From Octopus sinensis (Eukaryota): DNA of 25,650 nucleotides. The first letter of the stretch is position 1, and every line of letters begins with the position of its first letter. Below the pieces are notes generated by a model that saw nothing but the letters and a program-made list of their open reading frames with translations, searched no databases and had not been told where the DNA came from. Where the stretch lies: the NCBI RefSeq assembly GCF_006345805.1, contig NW_021836023.1, positions 1-25,650 on the forward strand, written 5' to 3'. Below are positions 18,776 to 25,650 of this stretch, piece after piece. Made by a program: the position numbers and the translations under genes.

Positions 18776-18923
18776 GCTCATAAGTTTGCTTTCCATTGGC
18801 ATGGTTCTGGTTTCAGCCCCACTGCTTGGCACCTTAAGCAAATGCCTTCTAATATAGCCTCGAGCCTACCAAAGACTTGTGAGTGGATTTGATAGATAGG
18901 AACTGAAATAATCCCGTTGTATA
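18775..18923 (+). mobile_element. SINE family B, 5' half (diverged)
   Basis: GGTTCTGGTTTCAGCCCCACTGCTTGGCACCTTAAGCAAATG...ACCAAAGACTTGTGAGTGGATTTGATAG...AACTGAAA matches the family B 5' module. Confidence 0.8.
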
Positions 18924-19005
<82 letters not shown>

Positions 19006-19265
19006 GGAAAGAATAAATAGAATCAAAAGAAGAGTAAGTACGATTCGACAGTACGAATGACCACTACACATGCTTCGATACAACATAGATCTGGTAATTG
19101 CAAGGGTCAACGATCTCTGTTTTGTACTTTAATACGTTTTTAACAGAATACACCTTAAATATATATATATATATATGTTTGTATGTATGTATGTATGTAT
19201 GTATGTATGTATGTATGTATGTATGTATGTATGTATGTATGTATGTATGTATGTATACACACATG

Positions 19266-20150
19266 CAAGGTGGGTAGAACGTAAGTAAGTATTATTAATA
19301 AAATTGGTAATAAAATCCATATTCCTTTTACAAATTTATTGAAACAAAATGATACATGTACTTTACAACATGAGAAAGTGAAAGTAGATCATCATATTTC
19401 AACGTAAGCACCAGTGGCGTCAACGAGTTTCCACAAACGGCCAGGGATGGAATGAGCGATCTTTTGAAGGACATCGTCCGGAATCCGTGTCTCCAAGTCC
19501 TTCAGTGTGCGCGGTTTTCTCTTGTACACCTCCACTTTTGTGTAAACCCACAGGTAAAAAAAAACCTATGGAGTGAAATCTGGACTTATTGGAGTTCTGG
19601 AGTTCTGGACTTCTGCAGTCTCAGTCTTCAGGTTTTAGCCCCTGCACGTAATGGGGTTCCCACGGACGAAAAATTCAATTCTTTATGCAACACCGTACGT
19701 ATTCTATGTCTTGTTCGTCCACTTTCACGAGCTGCTTGACCTGTTGGTTTTTGCGAGCTGCGATTAAGCATTTCCTTGCACTGTTGCCACGTTTTCCGCT
19801 GATGGGGAAGTGGTTGGACGGCCACATCTCCTTGCATCGTTCACAGAGCCCGTGGTCATCAGCTTTGCATGACAACTTGTTATTGTCTCCGGGCGTAGTA
19901 CCGCATGCTTACCTTTCCATGCACGCCACCATTTCAGAACCGAAACAATGGAATTCCACACTTCATAGCGTGCTGCTATCTTAGCTCGCTCCTGAACAGT
20001 CAAGCGGCCGGCCATCTGGGAAATAAGAAAGGAGACAATAAGAAATCCTCATTAGTGCTGTCTATTTAGAAAGTGTTTTCGTCATGACTTCAGTGATACT
20101 AAAAATTCTATAAGCAATTTCTATTGCCTAGATACTTTCCACCCACCCTG
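19266..20150 (-). mobile_element. Tc1/mariner-superfamily transposon, internal-deletion derivative with both TIRs
   Basis: TIRs CAAGGTGGGTAGAACGTA / CAGGGTGGGTGGAAAGTA (15/18), with TA on the right and TG on the left. Frameshifted peptides: N-terminal HTH MAGRLTVQERAKIAARYEVW...TGSVNDARRCGRP, then MLNRSSQKPTGQAARESG...LNFRPWEPHYVQGLKPED, joined to SPDFTP..F.YLW...VEVYKRKPRTLKDLETRIPDDVLQKIAHSIPGRLWKLVDATGAYVEI. Most of the catalytic domain is missing. Confidence 0.9.
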
Positions 20151-20193
20151 TATTTATATATGTATGTATGTATGCATGCATGTATGTATGTAT

Positions 20194-20393
20194 GTGTCTT
20201 TGTGTCTGCCTTTGTTTCCCAACCAGCGCTTGACAACCAGTGCTGGTGTGTTGGCGGTTCGGCTAAAAAGACCGGTAGAATAAGCACCTGGCTTGAAAAG
20301 AAAGCACGACATGCTAGATCGAATAGTTCGACTAAAATTCCTCAAGATGGTGCCCCAGCATGGCCGCAGTCTAATGAATAACACAAGTAAAAG
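20194..20393 (+). mobile_element. SINE family B, 3' half (diverged)
   Basis: CGCTTGACAACCAGTGCTGGTGTG...GCGGTTCGGC...TAGAATAAG...GGTGCCCCAGCATGGCCGCAGTCTAATG...ACAAGTAAAAG. Confidence 0.8.
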
Positions 20394-20414
20394 CCTAAAA
20401 AACCCCAGAAGATC

Positions 20415-20447
<33 letters not shown>

Positions 20448-20619
20448 GTGTATATGGTATGTATATATATGTGTGCGTGTGTGTTGTGTGTGTACGTATG
20501 TGTGTAATGAGGTATGTGTTCATATATGTTATATATATATATTATTCTATATATATATATACATACATTATCTATGTCTATATATATATATTATGTATGT
20601 TGTATGTATATATATATAA

Positions 20620-20650
<31 letters not shown>

Positions 20651-20652
<2 letters not shown>

Positions 20653-20996
20653 AGGGGTAAAGACCCCCTTCGGTCCTGAGTGACCATGGGTTTGCACCTA
20701 GAGAGTTACCCTCTGAGGCACAAGTCTGGGCAAGGTTGTTTATGGAAGAGCAGCAGTCGCCCATGCATACCGCCTCCTCCCCTCTCCACGCCACCAGTGT
20801 TATCCAAGGAAAGACAAAGGTCGATACAGCTTGCCACCTGTGACGTCGCAACTCATTTCTACAGCTGAGTGAACTGGAGCAACGTGAAATAAAGTGTCTT
20901 GCTCAAGAACACAACACGCAGCCCGGTCCGGGATTCGAGCTCACAACCTCACGATCGTAAGCTCGACGCTCTAACCACTGAGCCATGCGCCTTCAC
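20651..20996 (-). mobile_element. tRNA-headed SINE, family D (CORE-like centre), full length
   Basis: Reverse complement GTGAAGGCGCATGGCTCAGTGGTTAGAGCG (A box TGGCTCAGTGG) and GCTCGAATCCC (B box). TTCTTGAGCAAGACACTTTA...CACTCAGCTGTAGAAATGAGT is CORE-like. Flanked by (TA)n on both sides. Confidence 0.9.
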
Positions 20997-21313
20997 ATAC
21001 ATATATATATATATATGTATATATATATATGTACGTATGTATGTATGTATGTATGTATGTATGTATGTATGTATGTATGTATGTATATATATATATATAT
21101 ATATGTGTGTATGTGTGTGTGTGTGTGTGTGTGTGTATGTATATATATATCTATGTGAATATATATGGATACGCACACACTATTTGTTAGCTGGTGTCGC
21201 TGTTATCATGCATGCAAGAACAGATCATCGATTTCATTTCAAGATTGATCCGTATATATACTACTACTACTACTACTGCTACTAATATAGGATAAAAAGT
21301 TTTCAGAAAAAAA

Positions 21314-21382
21314 TTCATCAAAAGTGGCAGCATAGGTAATATAATATAATATATATATACCTATTCTGCCACTTTTGATGAA
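21314..21382. repeat. Near-perfect hairpin: 25-bp arms around a 19-nt AT loop
   Basis: TTCATCAAAAGTGGCAGCATAGGTA vs TACCTATTCTGCCACTTTTGATGAA pair at 24/25. Confidence 0.9.
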
Positions 21383-21387
21383 ATTTT

Positions 21388-21398
21388 TTATATATATA

Positions 21399-21495
<97 letters not shown>

Positions 21496-21624
21496 ATATA
21501 TATATATATATACATACTCACACACACACATATATATATATATACACATATCTTCATATATGCAAGCGGATCACACGTCTATATATATATTTGTATGAAC
21601 ATATGTACCTGTCCGTGCATATTG

Positions 21625-21702
<78 letters not shown>

Positions 21703-21737
21703 TGCGTGTATGTGTGTATATGTGTGTGTGTGTGTAT
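21388..21737. repeat. (TA)n and (TG)n microsatellite blocks
   Basis: Visible tandem repeats. Confidence 0.9.
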
Positions 21738-21789
21738 TGTTAAATAGACCAATGACATAAATTGTTAATGGTGAATCACTGAGAAGGTT

Positions 21790-21960
21790 AAGAAAACCTA
21801 GCAGTAAATTCTTAGTAATTTTGGCGGAAATGGTTGGATTCATTTCAAGAAATTACGAATATATTCTTCATTCGATTAACACGCATGGGAAAACGGTAAT
21901 CTGACCTTTGTTCGGAGGCAAAAGATAGCTATGGATACAATGATTCGGTCTCACGTTGAC
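21790..21960 (+). mobile_element. Possible highly decayed CR1/L2-type LINE ORF2 fragment
   Basis: Short peptides AEMVGFISRNYEY and TMIRSHVD resemble the ANRMLGFIKRNF and SLVRxHLEY motifs. Multiple frameshifts. Confidence 0.3.
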
Positions 21961-22787
21961 ATTATCAGAATACCAGAAACAGTTACATATACAAAAGACC
22001 GCTAGTGCATTTTACCCAAGGTTAATTTGCACAATTAAACCAAGAAGAAGATAGTAGAAAATAGCTCAGAGGGACACATTACATAAATTTGGTTGTTTTT
22101 TTTACTTTAAAGGGAGCTTATTGAGTGCTGTAGATGATAAATTCTTCATTTATTAAAAGTTTCCTCTGAGATGGAGTATGGGATAATACCAAAAAGTAAG
22201 AAAAGATTCTTGACTGAATTATCATTGGGTTACAAAGGATAACCTGGTCTTTATTTTGAAAGCAGGCATGGGATGACCAAGGGCGCAATGTTCGGGTCTC
22301 AGTTTCACATCATTAGCATAATATATTCTGTTACATATACAGAACTAAAGGATCTAAGAGAAGATAACTCAAAGGCCCCAATGTCCTGATTTAGATAACA
22401 AAATGAAGAATATGACGGATGCCTTACAAGAAGGTGCCATAACGGAAAATTATGTGACTGCGAAGCGCTTTCCGTGTATACGAATGTATGTACGTATATA
22501 CACATATACATACATATATGCATACATACATATATACACATACATACATACATACATAAATACATACATACATATATACACATACATATATACATAAACG
22601 CACACAGAGATTTACCTACAAATGCATCGAAACACACATAAACACATATTCACACACATTCGTAGATCATAACTAAATACATCCACACACATATACATAT
22701 GTATACGTATATATATATATATATATATATATAGATGCATGTATGTATTTATATATACACACACACACACATATATATACATATATA

Positions 22788-22895
22788 TAGAGATAGATAG
22801 ATAGATGATGGATGGATAGATAGATAGATAGATAGATAGATGGATGGATGGATGGATGGATGGATAGATAAAGAGAGAGAGAGGAAAACAGAGAG

Positions 22896-22943
<48 letters not shown>

Positions 22944-22950
22944 TAGATAG

Positions 22951-23003
<53 letters not shown>

Positions 23004-23107
23004 GGATGGATGGAGGATGGATAGATAGAGAGAGAGAGAGAAAAGAGAGAGAGGAGAGAGATAGAGAAGAGAGAGAAAAGAGAGAGAGAGAGATGAGAGA
23101 TAGATAG

Positions 23108-23172
<65 letters not shown>

Positions 23173-23226
23173 GGATAGATAGATAGATAAAGAGAGAGAG
23201 AGAGATAAAGAGAGAGAGAGAGAGAG

Positions 23227-23258
<32 letters not shown>

Positions 23259-23280
23259 GGATAGATAGATAGATGGATAC
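22788..23280. repeat. Polypurine compound array cycling (GATA)n-(GGAT)n-(GA)n
   Basis: Visible; the motif order recurs about three times. Confidence 0.95.
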
Positions 23281-23945
23281 ATCCATTCATAATTATATGC
23301 GCACACAAATGCATAATATGCTCATTACACAAATACGTATATAAATGCATATATGCATACATATATGTAAGCAGACATAGATGCATGCTCTCATATACCA
23401 TATACGCTTACATACATACATACATACATTCGTACATATATATATACATACATAAAAATTATTCCCTTTTCCGTTTCTTCTTTTGTATTTTTTTGTTTTT
23501 GTTTTTGTTTTTTTTGACAAATACAGACATTTTTCTATTTTAATGTTTTTCTTACTTTTCAAATTAAAAAAAAAACAAAAAAAAACCAGCCAAGTTCATT
23601 TCTTTGAAGTTTTAAAAGCTGGCAAGTAAAAGCAAGTTTAGCAAGAAAGAACTGATATTCTGCAATATTTACAGACACAACTAAGAAAATTCACAAGACC
23701 TTCACAGAAGGAATTCTTTTACTTTTTCTTCCTCATATCTCTCTATACACAATTATCGATTTAAAAAATAATTTTCCAGTTTCTCTTTTTTTTTCTTATC
23801 CTCCTCTTCTTCTCCTTCTTTTTCTTCGTCTTCTTTTTTCTTCTTGTTCTTCTGCTAGTTGTAAATGACGTATTGATTATTAAAATCGGCCAAGGAACTC
23901 TGCAGCTTGAGGTAGGACGGTGTAGCAGGATAGAAGAAAAAAAAA

Positions 23946-23946
23946 T

Positions 23947-24022
<76 letters not shown>

Positions 24023-24069
24023 TAATGATAATAATGATAATAATAATAAAAATAATAATAATAATAATG

Positions 24070-24100
<31 letters not shown>

Positions 24101-24142
24101 TAATAATAATAATGATAATAATAATAATGATAATAATGATAA

Positions 24143-24237
<95 letters not shown>

Positions 24238-25650
24238 TGATAATAATAATAATGATAATAATAAATTAATATAGAGTTGAGGTGCAGAAAGAGAAAGAGG
24301 GTGGAAGAGGAGAGGCAGAAACGGTGGGATGGGGGGAGAAAACAATGATATAATAACAATAATAATGATGATGATGATGATGATGATAACAATAATATAT
24401 CTAGCATTTTAAAATGAAAGTAAATTAATAACAATGACAACGGCAGCAACGGTGACGGGGATTTCTATGATAAAGATGATGATGATGATAGTGATGATGA
24501 TGAAGGGGAGGAAGAAGAGGGTGGGAGTAGGAAGAGGATAGGATGGTGGTGATGGTGAGAACGACGGCGAAGATGGTAACAATGATGGTGATGATTATAA
24601 TGGTGGAGTCGAAGGTGACGACGGCGACGATGATAATGACGATGGTGATGATGATGATGATGATGATGATGAGGAGGAGGAGGAGGAGGAGGAAAACTGG
24701 AAGAGGAGAAGGACGACGATCACGACAACGATGATGGTAATGATGATGACGACGACGGCGACGATGATGATGATGATGATGCGACCATGGCGACGATGAT
24801 GATGATGACGATGCTGATGACGACGATGATGATGACAATGATGATGATGAGGAGGAGGAGGAGGAAGAGGAGAAGGAAAAGGAGGAGGAGGAGGAGGAAG
24901 ATGGTGATGAGGATGATGATGATGATAGTGATCATGGTCGTGGTCGTGGTGATGACGACGACGATGGTTATGATGTTAATATTCATGATGGTGATGGCAA
25001 AGAAGAAGAAAAAAAGAAAAAGAAGAGGACGATGTAAAGTAGGATAATGAGGAAGGTGATGATGATGATGATGATTATGATCGTAACATTAAACGTTAAA
25101 TATGGCAGTGTTGATGATGATGATGATTCTGATGATGATGTTCACTAGTTAATGAGAAATGAGAATAGAAAAAGCAGGACGTGGCTGAAAATGATGATGG
25201 TCACCAAATCATTAACTTGATGGTACAACTGCGGACGATGATGGTGGTGATGATGGTGGTGGTGATGATAGTGGTGGTGGTGGTGGTGGCGGCGGTAGTA
25301 GTAGTGATGATGGTGGTGGTGGTGGTGGTGGTGGTGGCGATGGTGGTAGTGATGATGGTGGCGGTGGTAGTGATGATGGTGGCGGTGGCGATGATGGTGG
25401 TGGTGGCGGCGGCGGCGTGGCGGCGGCGGTGGCGGCGGCGGCGGCGCGGTGGGCGGCGGCGGCGGCGGTGGCGGCGGCGATGATTAATTCAATGATGATT
25501 ACGATGATGATGATAATGATGATGGTAACGGTGACGGTGATAATCATGATGATGATGGTGATGACGATGATGATGAGTGGTTAAGGAGGAGAAGACGACG
25601 ATGCGGGGGTGGTGGCGATGATGGTGGTGGTGGTGGTGGTGGTGGTGGTG
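23946..25650. repeat. About 1.7-kb mosaic trinucleotide region: (ATA)n, (GAT)n, (GAC)n, (GAG)n, (GGT)n, (GGC)n
   Basis: Visible. The long homopolymeric ORFs here are artefacts of the repeats. Confidence 0.95.

Noticed and set aside
22265-22320. GxxxGxxxG spacing resembling the RT motif GVPQGSVLGP
   Set aside because: Low identity, no downstream YADD, and out of order relative to the putative LINE fragment at 21790-21960.
1-25650. CRISPR arrays, rRNA genes or prokaryotic operons
   Set aside because: No regularly spaced repeat-spacer structure, rRNA-like sequence or gene-dense organisation; the window is eukaryotic repeat-rich DNA.

Overview
Eukaryotic, AT-rich, repeat-saturated DNA with no complete protein-coding gene. 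Nearly all long ORFs in the track are translations of microsatellites. The SINE families and microsatellite density suggest a coleoid cephalopod, probably Octopus; this is inference from recalled repeat families, not a database search. The window holds: four families of tRNA-headed SINEs (labelled A-D here); three decayed Tc1/mariner transposons; a hAT MITE with a perfect 8-bp TSD; two copies of a GG-ended TIR element carrying internal (TTAGGG)n, one with an 8-bp TSD (Merlin-like); a Helitron-type 3' end; RTE LINE relics; several near-perfect hairpins; and many simple and higher-order repeats. One weak candidate coding segment lies at 5677-5965. The most notable signals are (i) a SINE-A nest suggesting repeated integration at the family's own internal GGTATTT motif, which is complementary to the SINE 3' end, (ii) the telomere-repeat-carrying MITE, and (iii) an 86-nt near-perfect hairpin. 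All alignments and identities were done by eye, and family names rest on recalled consensus features.
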